64,000 nt of DNA from Candidatus Saccharimonadota bacterium (GTDB taxonomy: Bacteria; Patescibacteriota; Saccharimonadia; Saccharimonadales; OFTM59): positions 7,985 through 71,984 of the forward strand of contig JAJDCL010000013.1 in NCBI GenBank assembly GCA_029260875.1. Direction: 5' to 3'. How positions within the stretch are numbered: position 1 is the first letter of the stretch; the number at the start of each line of letters is the position of its first letter. The notes under the pieces were generated by a model that saw only the letters and a list, made by a program, of their open reading frames with translations, was not told where the DNA came from and did not search any database. Both the position numbers and the translations under genes were made by a program. Shown here piece by piece: positions 36,789-46,261 of the stretch.

Positions 36789-38669
36789 TTATTGCAAAAC
36801 GGCTTTGACGCGCCTTATGCCGGCGGAGCTGGCTTCTTCTTTGGCAAGTTTAAAGCGCTTGCCGCCTTCAGCTAACTGGCCAGTGTGTTTTACGTGCGGG
36901 CCACCGCATATTTCCATGCTGTATGGCTTCTCGCCTGGTTTGCCCATCGTATATACCTTGACTGTGTCGCCGTATTTATCGCCGAACGCGCCTTTAGCGC
37001 CCATTTTGAAGGCGTCAGTGGTCGGGTAATCTTTGTATGTCACCGTAAGGTCGGCGTCAATTTGCTCATTCACAATACGCTCAACTTCTGCTTTTTCTTC
37101 GTCAGTCATTTTTTGCGGATGCGAAAAGTCAAAACGTGTACGCTCCGCCGTAACGTTGGACCCACGCTGAATAACGTGGTCACCAAGCACTCGCCTGAGA
37201 GCTTCGTACATCAAATGCGTCGCGGTGTGCAGTTTTGTCGTTTCTTCAGAATGGTCGGCCAAGCCGCCTTTGAACACACCCTTGCTAGCCGTCTGACTCC
37301 GCTCGCGCTGATCGCTCATTTTCTGCTCAAACTCTCTACGCCAGCTATCTACTACTTCTATACCTTGCAGCGCAGCTTCTTCTACGCTCAGTTCGTAAGG
37401 GAATCCGTATGTGTCATACAATATAAAAATGTGGTTTCCGTCCAGTTTACTACCCGTCGCCATTTTCTTTAGCTCTCGCACACCTTTGCGGAGTGTTTGG
37501 CGAAAAAGTTTTTCTTCGTTTATTAGAGTTTCAATAACTTTGCCACGGTTATCTTTTACCTCAGGAAAGTCTGTGTGGTACATATCCGTAATTACAGGTA
37601 CTACGTTTTCTAAGAAGTTTTGTTCTATGCCTAGTTCAAACGCAAAGCGAATTGCCCGGCGCAGCAAACGGCGCAGCACGTAGCCTTGCTCTTTATTACT
37701 GGGCTTGACTCCGTCTACAGCTAAGAATGTTGCAGCCCTAAGGTGGTCAGCTATTACGCGCATGCTTTCTGTGTGGCTGTCGTAGTTTTTACCGGAAAGT
37801 TTTTCTAGTTCTTCAATGATTGGCCAGAGTAAACTGATCTTAAATACGTCAGGATTATTTAGTTGTGCGGCTGCTATACGTTCCAGGCCACCGCCAAAGT
37901 CTACGTTTTGCTTCGGTAGTTTCTCAAAACCACTGTCGGCACGCACATACTCCATAAATACTGAGTTGCCGATTTCTAGAAAGCGACCGCAGTCACAATT
38001 TGGGTGGCATTTTTTCCCCCAGTGTTCATCGTGAGGCAAGCCAAAGTCATAGAACACTTCGCTGTCCGGACCCCCCGGTTCACCAACTGGCATGTCTTCA
38101 ATCTTGCCGGAACGACACCACCAGTTTTTGCTAGCATCGTAATAAAAAATTCGTCCGCCTTGCACGCCAGCTTCATAAACCGTTTCTTCACTGCCAATCT
38201 CTACAGCTTTGGCGTCAATACCCTTTTTCTTAAACACTTCACTCCAGACGTTGGCGGCTTCTTCGTCTTTCGGGATGTTGTTTTTAGAGTCACCGATAAA
38301 GCATGTAACGTAAAGCCTGTTTGGGTCCAACCCGACCACGTCTGTTAAAAACTCAAAAAACCACGAGATCTGTTCTTTTTTAGAATAATCTCCTAGGCTC
38401 CAGTTGCCGAGCATTTCAAAAAAAGTTGTATGGCGGTTATCGCCGACTTCTTCAATGTCCTGTGCGCGCAAACATGTCTGGCTGTTTACCAGCCTTACTC
38501 CTTCAGGATGTTGTTCGCCGAGCAAATATGGGATCAGTGGCTGCATGCCGCTGCCAGTAAAAAGTGTGGTCGGGTCGTTTTGTGGCACTAACTGAGCCCG
38601 CGGTATCACCGCATGCCCACGTTCCTTAAAAAAATCTAAATATGCCTGGCGTATTTCCTGCGCTGTCAT
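36789..38669 (-). CDS. alaS: alanine--tRNA ligase, short form (626 aa)
   Basis: MTAQEIRQAYLDFFKERGHAVIPRAQLVPQNDPTTLFTGSGMQPL... Editing motifs HTATHLM and CGGPHV. The ORF stops soon after the editing domain. Confidence 0.95.
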   Translation of the reverse strand: MTAQEIRQAYLDFFKERGHAVIPRAQLVPQNDPTTLFTGSGMQPLIPYLLGEQHPEGVRLVNSQTCLRAQDIEEVGDNRHTTFFEMLGNWSLGDYSKKEQISWFFEFLTDVVGLDPNRLYVTCFIGDSKNNIPKDEEAANVWSEVFKKKGIDAKAVEIGSEETVYEAGVQGGRIFYYDASKNWWCRSGKIEDMPVGEPGGPDSEVFYDFGLPHDEHWGKKCHPNCDCGRFLEIGNSVFMEYVRADSGFEKLPKQNVDFGGGLERIAAAQLNNPDVFKISLLWPIIEELEKLSGKNYDSHTESMRVIADHLRAATFLAVDGVKPSNKEQGYVLRRLLRRAIRFAFELGIEQNFLENVVPVITDMYHTDFPEVKDNRGKVIETLINEEKLFRQTLRKGVRELKKMATGSKLDGNHIFILYDTYGFPYELSVEEAALQGIEVVDSWRREFEQKMSDQRERSQTASKGVFKGGLADHSEETTKLHTATHLMYEALRRVLGDHVIQRGSNVTAERTRFDFSHPQKMTDEEKAEVERIVNEQIDADLTVTYKDYPTTDAFKMGAKGAFGDKYGDTVKVYTMGKPGEKPYSMEICGGPHVKHTGQLAEGGKRFKLAKEEASSAGIRRVKAVLQ

Positions 38670-38702
38670 CCGTAGAATTGTACCAGATGAGCACCTCTTA
38701 TT

Positions 38703-39866
38703 CTATCTAGGGGTAATTTTAATGATCTGATCGTCATTATTGCCGTTGTCTGTAGTAATATACATGCCTTCGTCGGGCCCCATTACGACACTACGTATCC
38801 GCCCGTATTCACCAACGAAAAGCCTCCGCTCGCCCAGCACCTTCTTGCCGCTCGCGTCAAGTTCATATAGACGTACGTGCTCATCTTTAAGCACAGCAAC
38901 CGCTAGCTGGTTTTCGTAGGCTTTCCATTTTGACCCGCTGATTATGACAGCCCCTGATGGGGCAATGGTTGAGTTACCGGAGGTCCAGGCTGCATTAATT
39001 GCATCTGAGTAGTTCCTTGTGTCCGTCATAGGTACCCGCTCGTTATAGCCAGGTACCGGATCCCAGCCAAAATTCCCACTAAGTAGCTGGTTAATTTCAT
39101 CGTCCCGATCAGGGCCATGTTCAATACTAAAACCAAAAGATCCGGCCTTTAAGCTAGCGAAGAACGCTATGCCCTGTGTGTTACGATGACCATAACTGTA
39201 AATTCGCTGGTCAAACGGTTCACCCAAGTTTCCCTCAACTGGGCTGCCTTCCCGGTCTATCCGGAGTATTTTCCCGCCAAGATTTTTAGGGTCCTGCGGA
39301 TTTTCCCCAACAGCAGCATCACCTGTGCCGATCCACAGATTCCCATCCGGACCAAACCTGGGCCTACAGCCAGAGTGCCGACCACTTGGGTTGACCGGAA
39401 TTCCTGTGACTATTTCCGTCTGCTCTGTAAACCCCGCCTCCTCATTGCCTAGCTTCCAGCGACTGATACGGACATCCTCGGCGGTGCTATAACAAGCGTA
39501 TATAAACCTGTTGTCAGCAAAATCTGGGTCGACCACAAAGCCCATCAGTCCACCCTCACCACGTGCATATATATCACTAACTGTGTGCAAGGTTACTTTT
39601 CTGCCGTTTTTAATCTTACTGATCGTACCCGCACGTTCTGTAAAAATCGCCGTGTTGTCGGGTAGAAAACCTATATCCCATACGTTATTAAGACCATCCA
39701 GCTCTAGCTGACTGCTTAATTCTGGGGCTGAAACTCGAGTTATGGCAGGCCCGGTCTGTGTATTAGCTGGGGCTACTGTTTTTTGAATCCGGACATAGTA
39801 AAAAAACCCGCCTGCAATTATTGCCCCAAACAACACCATAAATATAAGCTTCTCTCGTTTGCTCAT
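38703..39866 (-). CDS. PQQ-dependent sugar dehydrogenase-like beta-propeller (soluble aldose/sorbosone dehydrogenase family), N-terminally anchored
   Basis: ..GGLMGFVVDPDFADNRFIYACYS.., ..GGKILRIDREG.., ..SYGHRNTQGIAF... Confidence 0.85.
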   Translation of the reverse strand: MSKREKLIFMVLFGAIIAGGFFYYVRIQKTVAPANTQTGPAITRVSAPELSSQLELDGLNNVWDIGFLPDNTAIFTERAGTISKIKNGRKVTLHTVSDIYARGEGGLMGFVVDPDFADNRFIYACYSTAEDVRISRWKLGNEEAGFTEQTEIVTGIPVNPSGRHSGCRPRFGPDGNLWIGTGDAAVGENPQDPKNLGGKILRIDREGSPVEGNLGEPFDQRIYSYGHRNTQGIAFFASLKAGSFGFSIEHGPDRDDEINQLLSGNFGWDPVPGYNERVPMTDTRNYSDAINAAWTSGNSTIAPSGAVIISGSKWKAYENQLAVAVLKDEHVRLYELDASGKKVLGERRLFVGEYGRIRSVVMGPDEGMYITTDNGNNDDQIIKITPR

Positions 39867-39919
39867 AACATAAGCTTAATACAACTTAACCGACGAGAGA
39901 AATTTTGTGCGGTGGCCTG

Positions 39920-40963
39920 CTAAATACAAATACCACCACCAAGAACGCGGTCACCGTCGTAGACAACAGCCGACTGACCAGGCGTAATAGCGCGCACCTG
40001 ATCTTTTAGTTTTAATATGATGTCCCCTCCCGCTATGCTTGTTGCACATTTTACTAATGGCGCCCTGTAACGCGTGCGCACCATGTAGGTCTTATCGGGG
40101 TCCGGTTGATTATTTATCCAATGGAGGTCTGTCAGTTCTATTGTTTGTCGCCATAAATTTTTATCGTCTAGGTCAGTGGTGACATAAACCTCGTTTTTTT
40201 TCATGTTTTTACCCACAACATAATACGGTAGACCGCCACCGATATTGAGCCCATGACGCTGGCCAATCGTATAAAAGATAGCACCTCCGTGCTGTCCGAT
40301 GATCTTGCCGCTGGTGTCCATAACAACACCGGGATCTGTTGACACATACTGCTGAAGGAAATCTTTGATGCCAACCTTTCCCACAAAACATATACCCTGA
40401 CTGTCATGCTTTTCGGCCGTTGCAAGTTTAAGTTTTTTTGCAAGATCACGAACCTCTTGTTTGCTATTATATTCGCCGATTGGAAAGAGTGTTTTTTCTA
40501 GAGCTTTTGCACTGACTCGGTACAAGAAATATGTCTGATCTTTATCAGTGTTTTTGGCTGTCAACAATCGACCATTGCTCGTACGAGCATAGTGGCCAGT
40601 TGCTATTAGGTCGGCTCCGTCCTCCATGGCAGTGTTGAGGAAAAGTTTAAACTTAATCTCTTGGTTGCACATAATATCTGGGTTCGGCGTTCTGCCGGCT
40701 TCATATTCCCGGATCATGTAGTCAACTACTTTTTGTTTATATTCGGTCTCAAAATCGTAAACTCGTAGGTCTATGCCCAGCTGAACCGCGACACGCTTAG
40801 CGTCCTGGTAATCATCCTTCCACGGACACGGAAACCCGGGGATGTCTTTTGTCCAGTTTTTCATATACACCCCCGTGACCGCATAACCCTGCTCTTTTAG
40901 CAAAGCTGCAGCGACAGAGCTATCAACCCCACCGGACATCCCGACATATACGTTCTTTTTCAT
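39920..40963 (-). CDS. mnmA: tRNA 2-thiouridine(34) synthase MnmA
   Basis: PP-loop VGMSGGVDSSVAA, ..ATGHYAR.., catalytic Cys context ..DSQGICFVG... Confidence 0.95.
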   Translation of the reverse strand: MKKNVYVGMSGGVDSSVAAALLKEQGYAVTGVYMKNWTKDIPGFPCPWKDDYQDAKRVAVQLGIDLRVYDFETEYKQKVVDYMIREYEAGRTPNPDIMCNQEIKFKLFLNTAMEDGADLIATGHYARTSNGRLLTAKNTDKDQTYFLYRVSAKALEKTLFPIGEYNSKQEVRDLAKKLKLATAEKHDSQGICFVGKVGIKDFLQQYVSTDPGVVMDTSGKIIGQHGGAIFYTIGQRHGLNIGGGLPYYVVGKNMKKNEVYVTTDLDDKNLWRQTIELTDLHWINNQPDPDKTYMVRTRYRAPLVKCATSIAGGDIILKLKDQVRAITPGQSAVVYDGDRVLGGGICI

Positions 40964-41010
40964 AACTCACCTATTCTAACAGATAAGAAACCGCTGACTG
41001 CGAACAATGC

Positions 41011-41880
41011 CTAGAAAGGACGTTCGCCCTGTTCTAGGCGTTGGCGAATTAGCTTAAGTTCGTATCTTCTGCCAAGCCAAAAAGTTATAACAATGAGCGG
41101 TATCAATATGGCGGCTGGCTGCCAAAGTATCCTGACAGTCTCCTCTCCGTCGCCGGCCGTACCGTTATCAACATTATCTTGGCTCAGAGGTCCGTTACCT
41201 ACACCAACAAGCTGAAGATACGCTACAACACCATTGGCGTCCACCGCCTTAACAATAATGTTATAAACTCCTGGGGTTTTGTAAACATGCGCTATGTCAA
41301 AAAGCCCAGCTAATGGTCTACTGCTTAAGTCTTGGGGCGTACCGTCACCCCAATCCACACTTATAGCATACGAGCCTTGCCCGCCACTCAAAATAATCGG
41401 CCAGGCTAGTGTTTGCCCAGGATTTGCTCCTCGTTTTGCAAAGTTACTGGTTAGGCTCACACGAGAAGTTGCCCCTGGCCGGCCATCATTAAACGTAACT
41501 CTCACAATATTAGAATCTGGGCCGGGCTGGTCTAGGGCGTCATAAACACGAACCACGAGTTCGTTTAGGCCACTAAAAAGATCAATCTGGATAGAAAAAC
41601 TACCGTTGCTGCACTGGGTGGAGCCAGCAAAAACATTATTTTTAAAAACTTTTACCAGCAAGCCGTTAGGACAAATACCCGCAACCGTAACGGGCAAACC
41701 AGTAAAACTTTGTCCGTCACTTGGGACAGATATGGTAGCTCCAACAGAGGGAGGCGGGCTGCTAATACGCCCCTCTATTCCTATAGAGCCACTCTCCTCG
41801 GCAGCATAAGATATGGGGGTTGTCACGCCTACAGCAAGACATATGGCAATTAGTACCAATATAGTTCTGGTGTGGCGCAT
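41011..41880 (-). CDS. surface-locus protein: signal peptide, Ig-like module, PKD domain, C-terminal TM anchor
   Basis: PKD signature ..AISVDWGDGTPQDL...HVYKTPGVYNIIVKAVDANG... C-terminal TM AILIPLIVITFWLGRRY. Confidence 0.8.
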   Translation of the reverse strand: MRHTRTILVLIAICLAVGVTTPISYAAEESGSIGIEGRISSPPPSVGATISVPSDGQSFTGLPVTVAGICPNGLLVKVFKNNVFAGSTQCSNGSFSIQIDLFSGLNELVVRVYDALDQPGPDSNIVRVTFNDGRPGATSRVSLTSNFAKRGANPGQTLAWPIILSGGQGSYAISVDWGDGTPQDLSSRPLAGLFDIAHVYKTPGVYNIIVKAVDANGVVAYLQLVGVGNGPLSQDNVDNGTAGDGEETVRILWQPAAILIPLIVITFWLGRRYELKLIRQRLEQGERPF

Positions 41881-41905
41881 ATTACAATTATATTAACATA
41901 AGGGT

Positions 41906-42886
41906 TTAGCGACGAAGTTTCTTGTACCTAGATCCGGCAGCAAACTTTCTAACCCGTATGATAATCAACACTATTAGGACAATGAAAATGATGACGGCAA
42001 GCACAAACCACCACGGCAAATACCAAAATACGCCACGTATAGTCAGAATATCGCCACCGTTGCCAAAACTAACGCTTGCGGTTGCCACATAACGCCCAGG
42101 CACGCTGACACCTTGCACGGGGTTTTTAAAAACTCTGGTACTTGACGGCAAAATATTACTGCGCGGGTCGGTGTCGTTAAGTTCGTATTCGTGAACTTGT
42201 TTACCTAGAGGGTTCACTAAAGTGACACTCCCGAATGGCTTTATAAATCCGTTGCCCTGATTGCCTATACGGATACCGATTTGTTCTGGCTTAGCACTGA
42301 AGATTGTTCCAGCTACATCTTTACGATAAAAGAGCACATCTTTTGCCTGCACTTGTTGACGGATCTCGCCCGGCACCTCAATCATTACTATTGTCCCTAC
42401 GCTCGCTGTGAGGGAAACCTCGCCTGATTCTAGGGCCCGGTTATTTACTGGTATAGCTGCATACCGAATAATCCCATAGTAGGCACCGGGAGCCGCATCC
42501 TCTGGTATCTGTACCGGGATATCAAAATTTTGTCTCTCGCCATTTTTCAGGTCTAGGTCTGTAACCCCAACCAGAAACGGTCTTATACTGGGAGCCCGAC
42601 TCATCTCGCTTTCAGGCAGCAGCCTAGGCTCGCCTGTTTCACCGTCAGACTCAAAGTCATTAATAAATACCTTCGCAACAATGTCTCCGTTAGTGACATT
42701 GCGCACGCTCATCTTAATAATATCGGCCTGGCCACGTTCGATACTAAGTTCTGTGCGGGTGGGTGAAATACTAAGGCCGCTACCTGTATTATCGTCATCT
42801 GACTGTGCAGATATGTACGTAGTCAACCCCGCAACCGAGCACGTAACCACCAACAGCATAACCAGTAACTGTTTTGCCTTACTCAT
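41906..42886 (-). CDS. surface-locus protein: signal peptide, two beta-rich modules, C-terminal TM plus basic tail (DUF916/DUF3324-like layout)
   Basis: ..LSISPTRTELSIERGQADIIKMSVRNVTNGDIVAKVFINDF.., ..FDIPVQIPEDAAPGAYYGIIRY.., ..VPGRYVATASVSFG... Ends WWFVLAVIIFIVLIVLIIIRVRKFAAGSRYKKLRR. SD GGAGGAG. The family call is inferred from architecture. Confidence 0.75.
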   Translation of the reverse strand: MSKAKQLLVMLLVVTCSVAGLTTYISAQSDDDNTGSGLSISPTRTELSIERGQADIIKMSVRNVTNGDIVAKVFINDFESDGETGEPRLLPESEMSRAPSIRPFLVGVTDLDLKNGERQNFDIPVQIPEDAAPGAYYGIIRYAAIPVNNRALESGEVSLTASVGTIVMIEVPGEIRQQVQAKDVLFYRKDVAGTIFSAKPEQIGIRIGNQGNGFIKPFGSVTLVNPLGKQVHEYELNDTDPRSNILPSSTRVFKNPVQGVSVPGRYVATASVSFGNGGDILTIRGVFWYLPWWFVLAVIIFIVLIVLIIIRVRKFAAGSRYKKLRR

Positions 42887-42957
42887 GCTAGAACTCCTCC
42901 GTTTGTTAATCCCAGTAATTTATCCTAATTTTACAGGAACAATGAGCATACATAAAA

Positions 42958-44013
42958 TCAAAATGCTGCTGTAGCCATAAATGTAAGGGTAGCGCTATAA
43001 ATGCCAGGCTCCTGATTGGCGGATACATTCACTAAGTAAGAGATTGTAAATAGGTTAAATTCGGTTGATAAACTCGATGATGACAGATTGCTGCCAGACT
43101 GAAACATGAAATTATTGGGCACATTATAGTTTGGGCTCGGGGCAGCTGTGCCGGGGCCGACAGCTTCCTCGCCGACAGATGGGTTGGTGTTCGCTCTTAA
43201 ATTAACCCCAAACTGACTCGTCCCAGGCAGACTGGGCGAAGGATTGATTAGTGCAGGGATGGTATTGTTGCCTGCTGTCATTGTGTTCCCCAGTATTTTT
43301 ACGCTGTATCCACCTGGGTCATTACTTGAGCCAGAGTATTGGGAAGTGCCGGTATTGGGAGTAGATCGTTTCAGTTCATTCAGATCAATGTAAAAACCGT
43401 TGGCGGCAGTACAGTTCAAAGCAACTGTTATCCCGCTACAAAACGTGAGGTGAGGCGGGACGAAAGCATCTACGTTCAGTGATTCAACTGTAGCAAAAGC
43501 AACACTCCCATAATCGTTAAATAGACCCGTTGCATCTGTGCTGCTATAGGTTCGAACCCGAACATATATAGATGCGGAATCCGAGGGGTTGATGATGTTA
43601 TCGAATACGTAGGTGGAGAATGTGGTCAGGCCAGGTGATGGTAACCGCGTCAACACAAGCTGGTTGGCACTTGAGGCAGATAGGTTAATTGTGAAGCCAA
43701 CGTTCCCCGACTGGCTGGTCAGTAGGGCGCCAAGAACATCTAGCCCTACCGGAGGAGTGCATGGATTTTCATTAAGAGGGCTGTTAGAGCAATACTCAAA
43801 AATTATAGATCCAATTACAGCGGTACTGGGTATGGTGCTACCAAAACTGTGCTGGGATACAGCGCCAGGTATGGCGGTTGATATGCTCACAGAGCGTGAA
43901 TCCAGAGTAGCCGCAAGGGCAGCAGGATGCACTAACAAAACAGACACTACTATGACGAGTAGTGTCTGTACGCTGTGCAAAGTGATGCTAATTTTATGAA
44001 GAAGTCCTCGCAT
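42958..44013 (-). CDS. surface-locus secreted beta-rich protein, paralogue B (351 aa)
   Basis: Signal peptide ..VHPAALA/ATL. Ser/Thr/Asn-rich. Two Cys pairs. GTSQFGVNL core. Ends ..GIYSATLTFMATAAF. No LPXTG and no TM. Confidence 0.8.
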   Translation of the reverse strand: MRGLLHKISITLHSVQTLLVIVVSVLLVHPAALAATLDSRSVSISTAIPGAVSQHSFGSTIPSTAVIGSIIFEYCSNSPLNENPCTPPVGLDVLGALLTSQSGNVGFTINLSASSANQLVLTRLPSPGLTTFSTYVFDNIINPSDSASIYVRVRTYSSTDATGLFNDYGSVAFATVESLNVDAFVPPHLTFCSGITVALNCTAANGFYIDLNELKRSTPNTGTSQYSGSSNDPGGYSVKILGNTMTAGNNTIPALINPSPSLPGTSQFGVNLRANTNPSVGEEAVGPGTAAPSPNYNVPNNFMFQSGSNLSSSSLSTEFNLFTISYLVNVSANQEPGIYSATLTFMATAAF

Positions 44014-44056
44014 TAGTAATGTTGTACTTCGATTAACCCATTATGCTTATATATTA

Positions 44057-45352
44057 CTAGAAAGTTGCTGTTGCTATAAAATCTGCTTGAACTGTATACG
44101 AGCCTGTTGGCGTAGCAGCTGAAGCAGTCGCAGCAAACTTCAAAATTAAAGCTTCATCATCTACCACCTTTGTTGCTGAGCTGGCAGAGCTGGCAATAGT
44201 ATCGGCTGCAGCAGTTGCGTCCCACGCATATTGGCCAGTAGTTGTCCCTGAAACCATATTTATGTCTGAAACATAGGTGTTGTTAGGGGCTGCAGCGCCA
44301 TCGTAGTCCACATTTCTAACTAAGTTATACGTTCCCGTCCCGAAGTTACACGTATAGGCTGTAGCGCTTACGCAGTTAACCCCCGCCACGACCATACCGA
44401 ATTTTTCCGTACCAGCAGTAAACGTCCCCGGGGTGGTGCCTTGAGCATTAAAACATTGGTCCGTCACCACAACGCCCGAACATGTTGCGCCGGCAACTTT
44501 TAGTGTGCCACTAGAGTTGTTCAAAATTGACTTGTATGAGATTACGACGCCATTTAAGGCGTTTGTTCTGACCATAGCGATACCGTTTACGTTACTTCCA
44601 CCATTGCTGGTTGCTACGGGCGAAACGTTCGTAAAGCCACTTTCCACGTTACCAATATCTACAACTGTTCCGCTAATGGAGCTACAGTCAGCACCAGGTG
44701 TTGTTGTCGCGTCATTAATGGTTGTAGACCCAACACAGAAGACTAGATTTTCCTGAACGCGGGCATTAACTGTCAGGGTTTGAGACGTGCTCTGAGCAAA
44801 TACGCCCTCCCAAACTAATGTAGTGCCTGCGTCACTATATATACGCATGCGCGTGTAGTAGCTTCGGTTTGCGGTTGCGTTGTTTGTGATATCTGTTGGG
44901 TCAAGTGAAATGGTTGCTTCGTCTCTACTGGCACCAGCGTCTGCGGTTGTTTTATCAACTAAAATTTGGTTATTGGTGCCACCGTTGTCGCCCGACTGAC
45001 GGCTAGCCGTATTGCCGTTAGAGGTGAAGTTAGTCAGCGTAGCTGTCACTGAAGCAGCAATGGTCGGGGTGTTGACTGTAGTACAAGTACCAAGCGGAGT
45101 GTCACAAAATTCAATTTCAATGTGATCTATGTTTGCGACATCGGCGGTTGTGTCAAAGATCCAAGTAAGGTCTGTAGTCTGGCCTGGACGGGCTGTCGTA
45201 GATTGCAGCTCCCGTTCTGTTAGTGTGGGCGCAGCATGCGCTAAGCTTGGGGTAAGTAATGGGACGAAGAAAGAGAGCAACAACATAAATACATATGTGA
45301 GGGCTTCAAATCTTCCTGATTGAGACCTAAGGCCAGACCATAACTTACTCAT
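44057..45352 (-). CDS. surface-locus secreted beta-rich protein, paralogue A (431 aa)
   Basis: Signal peptide ..PSLAHA/APT. Thr-rich. Cys pairs. GTEKFGMVV core. Ends ..GSYTVQADFIATATF. Confidence 0.8.
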   Translation of the reverse strand: MSKLWSGLRSQSGRFEALTYVFMLLLSFFVPLLTPSLAHAAPTLTERELQSTTARPGQTTDLTWIFDTTADVANIDHIEIEFCDTPLGTCTTVNTPTIAASVTATLTNFTSNGNTASRQSGDNGGTNNQILVDKTTADAGASRDEATISLDPTDITNNATANRSYYTRMRIYSDAGTTLVWEGVFAQSTSQTLTVNARVQENLVFCVGSTTINDATTTPGADCSSISGTVVDIGNVESGFTNVSPVATSNGGSNVNGIAMVRTNALNGVVISYKSILNNSSGTLKVAGATCSGVVVTDQCFNAQGTTPGTFTAGTEKFGMVVAGVNCVSATAYTCNFGTGTYNLVRNVDYDGAAAPNNTYVSDINMVSGTTTGQYAWDATAAADTIASSASSATKVVDDEALILKFAATASAATPTGSYTVQADFIATATF

Positions 45353-45505
45353 TTTGTTTCCTTTTAATTGTTTTTAATTATTTCAATACTGTTTGTAACA
45401 TAGACTGGGGTGAAGCGCAAACGTTTATGTTGCCGATATCCACAGGAGTTACTCTAAAAACCTGCGTCGGTCAGGCGTAACGACCGGTTCGCAAACACTT
45501 AATAA

Positions 45506-46195
45506 TCAGCGTGTTTGGAAAGATTCCAGGATGCCCTTGAGCTCGCGACCACTACCATTTGCTGTTAGGTCTTTATATACAATCATGTACCGGGCGTGTG
45601 TGTTGTCGGGTCGCTTTAGTTCAATGTAAGGACCGCCACCGACCTGGCCGACAATCACATCAAAACTGCTACCATCGCCTCGGCAAATGAAGGTGGTGTT
45701 GTTAAGTTCTACGGATCGTATCTGCTTCTTCTCTGTCTCAGGCAGAGCGCTGTTACAGTGATCGCTAATCCCGCTTAGAAGCTCAAGAGTACCATCTGCG
45801 TTAGGCCTCACGGCTTGTACGTAGGACACGTCTATTGGTTGAATCGGCGGGTTTATATAGATATTAAGCTCGTGTTCAATCAGAGGGCCCCTAAACAATC
45901 TATAGACAAATTTATTAGCGGTTGTCTCTTTTGCGTCAACTAGCCAAGCCTTGTTTGCCTGAAACTGAAAGTAAGCTGTTCGGAAGATTTCAACTGACGG
46001 TGACTGAATACTTGTTTGCACATCTGATACGGGCTCTGGGGTTTCTGGTTCTGTAAATATGCCTGTTGTCAGCATTAAGACCGTCAGCAAAACAGGCATA
46101 CCTACTAATACGCCCATCAAAAACCACCTGCTGTGCGCCATGACTTTGTGCCGTCGTTTGGGAGGATGGTCTATTTGATAACGTTCTTCAAACAC
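45506..46195 (-). CDS. surface-locus N-terminally anchored protein, unknown function
   Basis: 229 aa. TM WFLMGVLVGMPVLLTVLMLTTGIF, then a roughly 170-aa external domain. No motif recognised. Confidence 0.7.
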   Translation of the reverse strand: MFEERYQIDHPPKRRHKVMAHSRWFLMGVLVGMPVLLTVLMLTTGIFTEPETPEPVSDVQTSIQSPSVEIFRTAYFQFQANKAWLVDAKETTANKFVYRLFRGPLIEHELNIYINPPIQPIDVSYVQAVRPNADGTLELLSGISDHCNSALPETEKKQIRSVELNNTTFICRGDGSSFDVIVGQVGGGPYIELKRPDNTHARYMIVYKDLTANGSGRELKGILESFQTR

Positions 46196-46261
46196 TGTGC
46201 TTATACCCCAGCCTAGCTTAACATATATGTTGTATAAAAAACCGTTGGAACGAATTCGGAG

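Noticed and set aside
36885-37472. Long antisense or nested ORFs inside well-supported genes. Examples: 36885..37472 (195 aa, in alaS), 14342..14905 (187 aa, in the aminopeptidase), 34104..34592 (162 aa), 11936..12385 (149 aa), 52422..52862 (146 aa), 49014..49436 (140 aa), 43613..43999 (128 aa), 27641..28015 (124 aa), 54571..54939 (122 aa)
   Set aside because: Each is fully contained, on the opposite strand, within a gene whose product shows strong family motifs. The translations are Ser/Arg/Leu/Cys-rich with no motifs. No independent promoter or SD signals were seen.
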